DNA from: Alkalispirochaeta sp.
GTDB taxonomy: Bacteria > Spirochaetota > Spirochaetia > DSM-27196 > Alkalispirochaetaceae
Direction of reading: 5' to 3'
Assembly (NCBI GenBank): GCA_965242725.1
Contig: CBDESZ010000018.1
Location: 320,001 to 384,000, forward strand
DNA: 64,000 bases
Part shown: positions 1-8,928 of the stretch, one piece after another
How positions within the stretch are numbered: position 1 is the stretch's first letter
Layout: each line of letters begins with the position of its first letter
Translations under genes and position numbers: made by a program
The notes under the pieces: model-generated
Seen by the model: the letters and a program-made list of their open reading frames with translations, nothing else
The model's database searches: none
Told to the model about the DNA's origin: nothing

Positions 1-87
1 ATGGACTTCATCGTAACTGATCGAGGTTTTGGATTTTGCGTAATCTATTAAGCGTGCTATTGCAGGATCATTCTGCAACTCGGTCAT
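1..87 (-). CDS. rpoD: RNA polymerase primary sigma factor, N-terminal fragment (runs off the window)
   Basis: Manual translation from ATG at 87 gives MTELQNDPAIARLIDYAKSKTSISYDEVH, typical of sigma70 region 1.1; overlaps the dnaG stop by 20 nt (canonical dnaG-rpoD order). Confidence 0.85.
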   Translation of the reverse strand, partial: MTELQNDPAIARLIDYAKSKTSISYDEVH

Positions 88-1846
88 CTGCCCTCACCTT
101 CAATTTTGCCAGCTCCTGGTCTATCGCCATTTTCTGCTCGAGCACCTGTCGTATTCGTTGTGGATCCGTTCCGTCGAGGGACTTCAGGGATCGCTCCAGC
201 TCCCGTTGCTGCTCCTGAAGCTTCCGTATCCGAATATTTCCGACGGCACGGTCGATATCCTGCTTGGTCCATCCGGAAAACTCGCCGGATGTCAGTCTCT
301 CCAGAACAATGTCTCTCGTCTCTTCATCGGTAATTCTGTCTACTACCCCACGGGGCAGTTTTTCGTCGTGACGAAATGCATCCTCCATCGCGTAGTAAAG
401 TTTGCGCGCAACGACATCCTCAAAGTCTTCCGCCGTCACCCGTTGCCGCAGATATGCAAATAGCTCGCCATCGTGCGCGGTGGCGAGCATTAAGGAGACA
501 TCACGGCTCGTCGTTGTATGTTTTTGTCGTTGTGCAGGTTTTGCAATTGTCTGCGGTTGTTCTCCTTTACGCCAACGTTCAAAATCGCCTGTCACTGCTT
601 GAACCGTCGCGTGTAACAGGTCACCAACACGCTCGAGCAACGCCTCCCGGCGGACTTCAGAGCTCACTATACTAATATAGGGAAAAAGTTTACGCAACAG
701 CAACTCTTTACTTCGTGAATCTCTTCTATCAAGATTTTCCGACGATTTCTGTACGAGATAGTCGAAGACGGGCACCGCATTTTCGACAATGGTGCGCACC
801 GCATCGGCCCCTTCTTCAACATAGAGATCCGCCGGATCCTTCCCCCGCGGAACGGGGACGGCGTAGCAGTTCATTCCCGCCTTTTCCGCACGAATGGCCG
901 ACCGAAAGGTTGCCTCCACGCCGGCGCTGTCGGCATCAAAAAGCAGGACGATGTCGTCCACCCACCGTTTGAGGAGACGCCCCTGTTCCTCCGTAAAAGC
1001 CGTACCCAGAGGGGCTACACTGTTGGACAGTCCGCTTTCATGGAGGGCAATCACGTCGAAATATCCCTCCGAGAGTATAACCTTCCGTTGCCGGCGGATT
1101 TGCTCCATTCCCTCATAGAGGCCGTACAGCGTCGACTTCTTGTTGTAAATTGGGGTTTCAGGGCTGTTTATGTATTTTGCCCGAACATCGGGTGACAACG
1201 CCCGTCCTCCAAACGCAACCACGCGGCCCCGTTCATTTCTTATCGGAAAGATGAGTCGATTGCGAAAGAGGGAGTATCCATCTCCCCTGGAGGAGAACAA
1301 ACCGCAATCGGCGAGGAAATCCGGAGAGTACGATTTTGACCGGAGAAAACGGTAGAGCCACCTGCCGTCGTCGACGGCGTAACCTATGTCATAGTGATCC
1401 ATGCCATTTTCACTCATGCCGCGCTCCCGCGCGTATTGAAGGGCGAACGCTCCCCGTTCATCCTGGGTGAGAAGATAGCGAAAGGTCTTCGTAACGCGCT
1501 CATAGAGATCGTAGAGGGCGTTCTTTTTACGGTCACGCTCATCATCCTGGGGGTTGAACTCGAGGGATATTCCGGCAATATCCGCGAGATAGGAGACCGC
1601 TTCAGGAAATGTGAGCCCCTCCATTTCCTGAATAAACCGGAAAATATCGCCCCCCTTCTGGGTTGCAAAACAATAGTAAAAGCCGTCGTCGGGTTTGACC
1701 GTAAATGACGGGGTTTTTTCCGACTTGAAGGGGCTCAATCCCCAATAGCGGTCGCCCCGTTGCGTGAGCGTCGTATACCGTCCGATCACTTCCACGAGGT
1801 CGGTACGGTCGCGAATCTTTTGCAGGACCTGGCGATCTACTTTCAT
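68..1846 (-). CDS. dnaG: DNA primase
   Basis: Zinc-finger-type N-terminus (SPFKSEKTPSF...YYCF), FGGR, KYINSPET, TOPRIM motifs EGYFDV and FDADSAG, KDPAD. Confidence 0.97.
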   Translation of the reverse strand: MKVDRQVLQKIRDRTDLVEVIGRYTTLTQRGDRYWGLSPFKSEKTPSFTVKPDDGFYYCFATQKGGDIFRFIQEMEGLTFPEAVSYLADIAGISLEFNPQDDERDRKKNALYDLYERVTKTFRYLLTQDERGAFALQYARERGMSENGMDHYDIGYAVDDGRWLYRFLRSKSYSPDFLADCGLFSSRGDGYSLFRNRLIFPIRNERGRVVAFGGRALSPDVRAKYINSPETPIYNKKSTLYGLYEGMEQIRRQRKVILSEGYFDVIALHESGLSNSVAPLGTAFTEEQGRLLKRWVDDIVLLFDADSAGVEATFRSAIRAEKAGMNCYAVPVPRGKDPADLYVEEGADAVRTIVENAVPVFDYLVQKSSENLDRRDSRSKELLLRKLFPYISIVSSEVRREALLERVGDLLHATVQAVTGDFERWRKGEQPQTIAKPAQRQKHTTTSRDVSLMLATAHDGELFAYLRQRVTAEDFEDVVARKLYYAMEDAFRHDEKLPRGVVDRITDEETRDIVLERLTSGEFSGWTKQDIDRAVGNIRIRKLQEQQRELERSLKSLDGTDPQRIRQVLEQKMAIDQELAKLKVRADDRVAE

Positions 1847-1848
1847 GC

Positions 1849-4800
1849 CTATCTCTGAAGGATGAAATCGACGCGGCGGTTTTTCCAGCGCATCTCTTCA
1901 TCACCATGGTCGACGATCGGGACCGTCCCTCCCCGGCCTCGGGCCGTGAGAAGCGCCGCAGGAATGCCGCGTTGGATCAACGCCTGTCTGACCGCCTCTG
2001 CCCTCCTTCTGGAGAGGGGCTCAAGCTCTTCTCGCTCTTCACGTTCCGTACCGGAAATATTGACTGCATGCCCTTCCACGATGATCGAGTACTCGGGATA
2101 CCGCTTCAGTATTTCAACCAACCTTGTAATCACCGCATCATTCCGGCGTCCCTCGGCGCTTTCACCGGCAAGTATCAGTTCAGATGAATCGGGAGGAAAG
2201 GTAATACTCGGCAGCTGTATGCGGTACCCGCCGTTGTAACGTTCCACGAGCACATCAACGGCAAGGGCTCCCTCCCGGATCGCAACATTACCCAGTGTGT
2301 CGGCCACTTCCAGCCGCCATGGATACTCTTCGGCGGAGATGACCCGTTCGCCGTTGCGGGCTACGCCATCCCACCGTATCACGCCCGGAGGAGGTCCGTT
2401 TCCGCCGACGTCGTAAAAGAACGCACCCCGTGAGTCATACACTTCGAGGTACCAGTACTGCAGTTCCGATTCGTCCACCGCACCGAGTACAAAGGAGACA
2501 ACGTCATCCTCACCGTCACCGTCGGGACTGAAGGGCTGCGGCGTTACTTCCACATCGACAACCGGGGCCGACGAGTCGACGACAAATCTCGGCGATTCCC
2601 GGACAAGTGACGGGCCGTGACGATATACGGCCTCGAATCGGGTAAAATAGACGCCGTCTTCCGTTGTGGCCACATCCGGTGCCTCCGGAAATGATATGGA
2701 ACGGGGAGGACGCTCCTGTGTGCCCGATTGACGATAGACAGTCTCACCCGTCGCCGCGGCCACGATCGAGACGGTCCATTGTTGCAAACCCTCGTGATCG
2801 CTCACGACGGGGGTGATTTCGACGGCAGCTATCTCTCCCTCTCCGCCGGGGTTAATCGCCCCTTTGTCGACACGGACGAAGGCGCTGACCGGCCGCGTAT
2901 CGATTGTGAAGGGCTCACTCATGACTTCCCGCCCGTTCCCAGCCGGGTCACTCAATTCAGCGACGAGGCGGTACTGTCCGTCAGGGAGAATCTCTCCCGC
3001 TCCCGTTACCGGAGACCAGGTATTTTCTCCTCGTGAAGCCGTCGACGTTCTCAAATCTCTGATCCGCCGTCCTTCGGCATCAAGCCACACCACGCTCAAC
3101 GTTGACGAGACAACATCCCGTGGATTTTCGATGTCCAGGCGAAAATGGAGCTCATCCTGCACTCCGTCGCCATCGGGAGAAACGACGGTCGGTTCTTTGA
3201 GGGTGAGTGACCCTTCGGGCGGGCGGGTATCTATGGTAACCGCTTCACCTGTGGAGCGTATCGACTCGAGGCCGGGTACTCGTACTTCAACAACGGGGCG
3301 GTATCGTCCGTCAGGTGCAACAAGTCCCCGTTCGTTCCTTCCATCCCACACAATCCGCTCCGGCATCGGTAATTCCCCGCGAAATCGTCGAACCGCCTCA
3401 CCGGTCTCGTCGTTGACGGTCAGGGAAAATTCTCCCGTCGGGTCCGCCGGCCCCTCCAGCGCGAAGACGACGTCGTCGTGTATTCCGTCGCCGTTGGGAC
3501 TGATGACCCGTCGGCCCGCAAAGACTCCCGCCCCTCCGAGGCGTTCCAGAAGAACTACTTCCCGCGTCTGGGTGCGTGTACGGTTTCCCGCGTCATCCAG
3601 CACCTCCGCCCAGAGACGATACATTCCGGGTCCAAGAAGGTCTCCGTTTCGAGCGGTCATATACCAGGTGAACTGTTCCGGCAGGCGCGGTTCCGTCGCC
3701 ACTGGAAATACCTCGCCGCCGCCGTCGGAGCGGACCTGCTCCGCGTATATTTCCGTACGCGACACTGAGGGGTCTCCTTCAAAATAGACAGTAACCTCCC
3801 GCCCGCGTTCGGGGCGCACCGTTTGCGTGGAAAGGGCAATCTCCGCCGCCGGCGCAACACGATCGACGGTAATTGTCCGTCGCGGAGCTTCCGCTGCCGT
3901 CCCGTTTTCATAGACGCTTTCGCCGTACACGGTATAACGACCGTCCAGGGGCAGCTCCGCCGCCCCTACGACCAGTTCTTCCGGCGGCAGGTCGATTCCC
4001 GACCAGAATGCCGTCGTTTCAGCGGTACCTTCATGGCGAAGGAGAATGCTCCATTCCCGCAGTCCTTCAATCGGCGACAACCGCGTTCTGATAGTCGTCG
4101 TATCTCTCCTGCCGTCTCCATCGGGCGCCACAACGTCGTCGGTCACACCGACAACGAACTCGGGAACTTCGCTCTGCATGACGATGGGCGCACTTTTCAC
4201 CGTCGACGTGTTGCCTATGAAATCATTTGCCCGTACAACGACCCGATAGGCCCCCTCCGAGATCCGCGGTCCCGCCAGTGTGCGGCCGTTCCACGTGACC
4301 GAACCCTCCACATGGCCCTGTTCATCGGCGATCGACCCGATTTCTACGTCCAGAGGAAAGAGCTGCCGCCCTGCTTCATCCTCGAGATATGCCGACACGC
4401 GTTCCGCGTCGCGAAAAGAAAAATCAAGTTTGAATCGCTGATTCATGCGGAGGATCATATCCTCCGTACCGTTCCCTTCCCCTTGAGTCACCGTTCCGTC
4501 TTTTTCAACACTCTGACGACGAATCACGATGTCAGGGCTTGTCGTATCGACGAGAACATCGATATGGCGGGGCAATGCGGCGTTTTCCGCGCCGTCCGTC
4601 CCCGTAACCTCCAGGCGGTAAAAGCCGTCCTGTTCGGCGGCATCGATATTCCACAGGATTGAACCGTCAAGCGTCGTTGTCGTAAGCGGAGAGGTGAGGC
4701 GTTCGGTAATGGTCCCGGTGGGCACCGCTCCGTCCCGGGGTGTTATATCCCATGTCCGCACGGGCCGACCGTCCGGATCGATGATCGTTGCCGACAATAC

Positions 4801-5871
4801 ACCCACTTCCCTGTCATCTTCCAGAGAAACGGTCACGTACAACTCGCGAAAATCCGCTACCGGCCCGAGGAGTACGGTCTGATCCGCTTCATTACTTCCC
4901 CGTGAAGGTGAAATGACGGTGAGGCCGATTTCAGGAATGGTATTGTCCGTCCCCGCCAGGTGCGTACGAAAGCCTCCAAGCAGGGAAATATTTCCGTTCC
5001 GATCGGGTTGCGCGCCGACATGTACCCCCGTCGTTGATGTATCGCCGCTTCCCAGAGGAATGGAGAGTGCCGCGCTCATTCCAGGCCACACACCGTCGCT
5101 GCCGCTTCCGAGGGTATGTCGCCAGCCGACTACACCCTGAATGCCCGTTGAGAAGCGTATAATTCCGTTCCCGGTGAGGGTTATGCCCTGAAACGAGTCA
5201 AAATCGACGGACCCGCCCAGGTCGACCGAAACATCTTCATTTCTGAGAGCGGTGTACGCAATACCCCCATACGGCGTAAACGCCGGAAAGACGGGAGCGG
5301 ATGATACATCTGATTTCACCGCCTTGCCCACGTTTCTGATACCGCCGTGGAAAACAAGACGAGAAAACTCGGACGGCCCGCGCCAGGACGCCCCGAGATT
5401 GAGTCCTCCTCCGACGTCGCTCCTTCCGGGCCCTCCGGCGGCCTGAGCTGTTATCGATACGCCGCCGGTGAGGCGGTAGCCGAGCGGACGGGCGACGGCG
5501 ATGTCACCGCGCCACAACGTAGCTGAACCGTCGCGGTAAAACCCGGTGACACCACCGAGGACGCCGTGAACCGTCGGGTATAGAAATCCGATACTTCCGC
5601 CGCCACCGGCGCCGCCCAGGGAAATACCGCCGCTGCCGGCTATCGTTATCTCCTCGGCACTACCGACACCGTGGGGAGTAAAAAAAACCGATAACGGATC
5701 ATTGGCGAGCATTCTGCCGGGTGCCGTTACCGTCCCCAGCAGCTCGGACCGCCAGAAGGTGTGCACCGATGCCGTCGGAGAATCCTCTTCAAGCGCCCAT
5801 CCCCCGGCGGAAAGGAGAAGAAAAAAACCTGCAATACATATTCGATTGAGTGAACTACGTTTTCTGAGCAT
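1849..5871 (-). CDS. Large exported protein: N-terminal beta-barrel-like region, tandem FlgD-type Ig domains, C-terminal OmpA-like peptidoglycan-binding domain
   Basis: Signal-peptide-like N-terminus (start probably ATG 5871; ORF open to 5907); repeated P(D/N)GDG and W(D/N)G motifs; C-terminal IIVEGH...LSRRRAEAV...NRRVDF OmpA-C signature. Confidence 0.85.
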   Translation of the reverse strand: MLRKRSSLNRICIAGFFLLLSAGGWALEEDSPTASVHTFWRSELLGTVTAPGRMLANDPLSVFFTPHGVGSAEEITIAGSGGISLGGAGGGGSIGFLYPTVHGVLGGVTGFYRDGSATLWRGDIAVARPLGYRLTGGVSITAQAAGGPGRSDVGGGLNLGASWRGPSEFSRLVFHGGIRNVGKAVKSDVSSAPVFPAFTPYGGIAYTALRNEDVSVDLGGSVDFDSFQGITLTGNGIIRFSTGIQGVVGWRHTLGSGSDGVWPGMSAALSIPLGSGDTSTTGVHVGAQPDRNGNISLLGGFRTHLAGTDNTIPEIGLTVISPSRGSNEADQTVLLGPVADFRELYVTVSLEDDREVGVLSATIIDPDGRPVRTWDITPRDGAVPTGTITERLTSPLTTTTLDGSILWNIDAAEQDGFYRLEVTGTDGAENAALPRHIDVLVDTTSPDIVIRRQSVEKDGTVTQGEGNGTEDMILRMNQRFKLDFSFRDAERVSAYLEDEAGRQLFPLDVEIGSIADEQGHVEGSVTWNGRTLAGPRISEGAYRVVVRANDFIGNTSTVKSAPIVMQSEVPEFVVGVTDDVVAPDGDGRRDTTTIRTRLSPIEGLREWSILLRHEGTAETTAFWSGIDLPPEELVVGAAELPLDGRYTVYGESVYENGTAAEAPRRTITVDRVAPAAEIALSTQTVRPERGREVTVYFEGDPSVSRTEIYAEQVRSDGGGEVFPVATEPRLPEQFTWYMTARNGDLLGPGMYRLWAEVLDDAGNRTRTQTREVVLLERLGGAGVFAGRRVISPNGDGIHDDVVFALEGPADPTGEFSLTVNDETGEAVRRFRGELPMPERIVWDGRNERGLVAPDGRYRPVVEVRVPGLESIRSTGEAVTIDTRPPEGSLTLKEPTVVSPDGDGVQDELHFRLDIENPRDVVSSTLSVVWLDAEGRRIRDLRTSTASRGENTWSPVTGAGEILPDGQYRLVAELSDPAGNGREVMSEPFTIDTRPVSAFVRVDKGAINPGGEGEIAAVEITPVVSDHEGLQQWTVSIVAAATGETVYRQSGTQERPPRSISFPEAPDVATTEDGVYFTRFEAVYRHGPSLVRESPRFVVDSSAPVVDVEVTPQPFSPDGDGEDDVVSFVLGAVDESELQYWYLEVYDSRGAFFYDVGGNGPPPGVIRWDGVARNGERVISAEEYPWRLEVADTLGNVAIREGALAVDVLVERYNGGYRIQLPSITFPPDSSELILAGESAEGRRNDAVITRLVEILKRYPEYSIIVEGHAVNISGTEREEREELEPLSRRRAEAVRQALIQRGIPAALLTARGRGGTVPIVDHGDEEMRWKNRRVDFILQR

Positions 5872-6052
5872 CACGCACCTGACGAATAACCCGCTCCATT
5901 TCTTCAATGGAATACCGATTGTAGAGATCAGCTTCCAACCGACGCTTCAGCGAGTCCAATACCGCGTCCAGACTCAACTCCCGCGCGGATAAAAAAATAT
6001 ACAGTTTCTCCCGTTCTTCCGGGAGTATCACAAATGGTCGGTCTTCAGACAT
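5855..6052 (-). CDS. Small hypothetical protein (65 aa)
   Basis: Overlaps both neighbours on the same strand, filling the operon gap; helical, charged composition. Confidence 0.65.
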   Translation of the reverse strand: MSEDRPFVILPEEREKLYIFLSARELSLDAVLDSLKRRLEADLYNRYSIEEMERVIRQVRDAQKT

Positions 6053-6989
6053 CTACGGTCATCCCCTCCGTCGCCAGCGAGACATCCAGATCGCTTCCGC
6101 CGATGCGGGCGGCGTACCAGCGGGCGGCCTGCAGATTGTTATGGAGCTTTCTGTCGGAATACATAGGTTCATGGTGAAACATGAACATCTTTTTTACACT
6201 CCATTCAACCGCAAAATCCACGGCAAGACTGAATGAAGAGTGTCCCCAATCCGGTTTTTCGATCGCCTCATCGAGGGTGTATTGGGTATCAATGATCATT
6301 GCATCGAGTTCATTGAAAAAGAATTCATTTTCACGGGTGCGATGAAAATCACTTTCCCGCAGGCCGACATCTGTGACATACCCGAATGAACGGCCCTCTT
6401 CCTCTACACGGTATCCAAAAGCGCGACCGGGATGATTCAACTCCCGCCAGAGGATACGCCGTCCATAAAGATCGATACCGTTTCCGGGCAAACGATGGAA
6501 ATGCATGTTCTCCGACATGGTACCTTCCATTGTAATGGGAAAGAAGGGATGTCGCATTTGAGAGGAGAGCGTTTCACGCAGTCCGTCAAGGGGACTGTAA
6601 AAATGCATCTTTACGGCGGGATCATAGGCGAGCGGGAAAAAAGGAAGTCCCTGGACGTGGTCGTAGTGAAAATGGGTAAAGAAGATATGAACTTCCCGGG
6701 GCGGAGGATCCTTTCGCGCAAGCGCCGCGCCGAGTCCTATGATACCCGTACCGGCATCGAAAATGATCGACGTTCCGTTTGAAAATGTGAGTTCTATACA
6801 CGCCGTGTTTCCTCCGGTGGTCCCGAATAACCATGGCGGCAACGACGCAAGAAAGCGCTCCCTGGAATCCGCACTCACCAGATCGCTCGGTCTCACCCTC
6901 TGGACGACGGAAGCGATCTTACGACGAACCGACTCCGGCGACAGCGGCGTCGGTACCGACCCTCGAGCACCCCATACGGTAAATCGCAC
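6045..6989 (-). CDS. MBL-fold metallo-hydrolase (phosphodiesterase/RNase Z-like clan)
   Basis: WGARGS, GGNTAC, DAGTG, THFHYDHVQG, GHSS and FHHEP motifs; GTG start overlapping the upstream TAG. Confidence 0.9.
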   Translation of the reverse strand: MRFTVWGARGSVPTPLSPESVRRKIASVVQRVRPSDLVSADSRERFLASLPPWLFGTTGGNTACIELTFSNGTSIIFDAGTGIIGLGAALARKDPPPREVHIFFTHFHYDHVQGLPFFPLAYDPAVKMHFYSPLDGLRETLSSQMRHPFFPITMEGTMSENMHFHRLPGNGIDLYGRRILWRELNHPGRAFGYRVEEEGRSFGYVTDVGLRESDFHRTRENEFFFNELDAMIIDTQYTLDEAIEKPDWGHSSFSLAVDFAVEWSVKKMFMFHHEPMYSDRKLHNNLQAARWYAARIGGSDLDVSLATEGMTVDV

Positions 6990-7432
6990 TAATTTCTCCT
7001 CAAAGGCTGGTTACGAACCCGTGCTGCCACCTTATTGCGAATTTCGTAAAAGGAGTGAAGCTTTCCGATACCGATTCCGGGACATTCCTTTGCCTCCCGC
7101 TGCCATGACGCTTCGTCTTCCAGCACGTGGCTCCAGAATGGATACGTTCTGCACTGCTCCGGTCTGTGGGCATAGACGGAACATCCGCCGTCCTTCCAGA
7201 AGATACAGTCTTTGTTTGATTTTTCACGCAGGGAAAGCTGTCTGCCCATACCGGTATTGACATCTCTGCAATACATGGCGATGACCTGTTCCTCGGGAAT
7301 CTCGAGTCCCTCTGAAAGTCTGCTCAAATCCTGTTGCGAAATGAAGACATACCCGCTGTCGTGGCGACAACAGCGGGAGCATTGTGTACATGAGAATCGA
7401 AGTCCCTGGTCGTAAAACGTTTCGCCTGCCAT
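6989..7432 (-). CDS. YkgJ-family cysteine-cluster (CxxCxxCC) protein
   Basis: FSCTQCSRCC, CIFW, CSVYAHRPEQCRTYPFW, ECPGIG. Confidence 0.9.
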   Translation of the reverse strand: MAGETFYDQGLRFSCTQCSRCCRHDSGYVFISQQDLSRLSEGLEIPEEQVIAMYCRDVNTGMGRQLSLREKSNKDCIFWKDGGCSVYAHRPEQCRTYPFWSHVLEDEASWQREAKECPGIGIGKLHSFYEIRNKVAARVRNQPLRRN

Positions 7433-7456
7433 GGCCCCAATGATACCACAAGAGGT

Positions 7457-7492
7457 AAAAAAAAATCCTTCACCGGGAAGCCGATGAAGGAT
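7457..7492 (-). terminator. Intrinsic terminator after tRNA-Tyr
   Basis: Minus strand ATCCTTCATCGG-CTTC-CCGGTGAAGGAT followed by a long T run. Confidence 0.85.
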
Positions 7493-7494
7493 AT

Positions 7495-7576
7495 TGGGGA
7501 GTGTAGGATTCGAACCTACGAAGGCTTAGCCAACAGATTTACAGTCTGCCCCGTTTGACCGCTCCGGAAACTCCCC
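7495..7576 (-). tRNA. tRNA-Tyr(GTA)
   Basis: GGGGAGT/ACTCCCC acceptor stem, CTGTAAA anticodon loop, long variable arm, GTTCGAAT T-loop; CCA not encoded. Confidence 0.97.
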
Positions 7577-7586
7577 AAATCGTTGG

Positions 7587-7618
7587 CGACGCTACCACGC
7601 GATTGTGAAGCGTGTCAA
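7587..7618 (-). promoter_or_regulatory. Putative sigma70 promoter dedicated to tRNA-Tyr
   Basis: Minus strand TTGACA-N18-TAGCGT (with TG extension) between the two tRNAs. Confidence 0.55.
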
Positions 7619-7623
7619 GCCAC

Positions 7624-7697
7624 AGCCGTCTGTCGGATTCGAACCGACGACCCCGAGATTACAAGTCACGTGCTCTGGCCAGCTGAGCTAAGACGGC
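7624..7697 (-). tRNA. tRNA-Thr(TGT)
   Basis: GCCGTCT/AGACGGC acceptor stem, TAGCTCAG D-arm start, CTTGTAA anticodon loop, GTTCGAAT T-loop; CCA not encoded; TTGACA upstream near 7734-7739. Confidence 0.95.
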
Positions 7698-7735
7698 ATA
7701 ACCGGGCGTACTTTGCCCGGAAGTCGCAGGAAATG

Positions 7736-8560
7736 TCAATGCGCTATGAACCCAAAGGGCAGTTCCTGTGGAATCTCGTTCACTGCGATACCTCCCATTT
7801 GAAGCACCCGCGTCTCATTCGCCGTCAGCAGGAGGGAAAGTTCAAAATGGGCACTCACCGACCCGTCGATAAGTCTATACCCCCACCCGTCTTCATGAAG
7901 CGATACGTCGGGGGCACCGATTGAATAGACCGGCTCGATATTTATGATCATTCCCGGTCTGAGGCGCACATGCTGAGCCGACGGGTCTCCCGTGGCGCGC
8001 CGGAAGGGGATGATCGGCGGCTCATGTAGGTCTCTTCCGATACCGTGGCCGACAAACTCGGGTATTGCCGAGATATCCTCGGCATCCGCCGCGGCGGCCG
8101 CAATTTCCCCGATATGTCGCACAGTCATCCCCGACTTGATATGGATCACGGTGTGTCGAAACGCCCGCCACGCGCTGTGCAGAAAGTGCTCGTTCCGGCG
8201 GGAAACGCCGGGTGTGAGAAAGGTCCACGCCGCGTCCCCCACAAATCCGTCATAGCGGGCGGCGATGTCCACGGTGATGAGATCACCTCTGTTCACCGTC
8301 GCTGTACCGGGCACACCGTGGACGGCGACATCGTTCACGGAGACGCTAACCACCGACGGATACCCGCGATAGGCTTCCATGGCGCTGGTGAAACCGTATC
8401 GCGTAAACCGTCTTCGTACATAACCTTCAAGGCGGGATGTCGATTCTCCTATGAGCCGCTCCCCTTCGATATCTTTCAGTATCTGAAAGAGTCGTGTAGA
8501 AACGAGCTGCATCTTCCGCCGCTCAAGGGTGTTGTGAATGCGTATGGCCCGTCCCGTCAT
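7736..8560 (-). CDS. map: Methionine aminopeptidase, type I (M24A)
   Basis: SVNDVAVHG, TVDIA, GDAAWT, GHGIGRDLHEPP, NIEP, SAHFE; all metal ligands recognisable. Confidence 0.88.
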   Translation of the reverse strand: MTGRAIRIHNTLERRKMQLVSTRLFQILKDIEGERLIGESTSRLEGYVRRRFTRYGFTSAMEAYRGYPSVVSVSVNDVAVHGVPGTATVNRGDLITVDIAARYDGFVGDAAWTFLTPGVSRRNEHFLHSAWRAFRHTVIHIKSGMTVRHIGEIAAAAADAEDISAIPEFVGHGIGRDLHEPPIIPFRRATGDPSAQHVRLRPGMIINIEPVYSIGAPDVSLHEDGWGYRLIDGSVSAHFELSLLLTANETRVLQMGGIAVNEIPQELPFGFIAH

Positions 8561-8868
8561 ACCGGCCCGAGGAATACGAGAAGACCGCTGCTCCCGACGG
8601 TAATACCGAGGATAATGACGCCGCCGAGGAGCAACAGCACGATCACACCGAGAGAACTGAGATTGCGAAACACAATGAGCTGGATGAGCTCAAGGATCAG
8701 GGCGATGACCGTTCCGACAAAGGCAATACCTCCCGCCGTCTGCATCATCATCAACAGCTGGGATTGGGTGCGATCGGTAAAATTCTGAAAGTTACCGACG
8801 CCGTAAAAGAGGGTTACGACGATTGTAATTGCGCACACCACGATCAGGGCGCGCTCGTAGAGTCGCAT
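8557..8868 (-). CDS. Small membrane protein (about 3 TM helices)
   Basis: Three hydrophobic segments; ATGA overlap with map; start uncertain (8868 chosen, ORF open to 8955). Confidence 0.65.
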   Translation of the reverse strand: MRLYERALIVVCAITIVVTLFYGVGNFQNFTDRTQSQLLMMMQTAGGIAFVGTVIALILELIQLIVFRNLSSLGVIVLLLLGGVIILGITVGSSGLLVFLGPV

Positions 8869-8928
8869 GGTTCTGAACAAAACGTTTTCTTGATCTTGCA
8901 TTAGTGATTTCGTAGTATCCAAGTATAC

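Noticed and set aside
7495..7697. tRNAs as integration sites of an island
   Set aside because: No duplicated tRNA 3' end or integrase seen nearby
7583..7924. 113-aa ORF over tRNA-Thr
   Set aside because: Antisense to a tRNA and map; spurious
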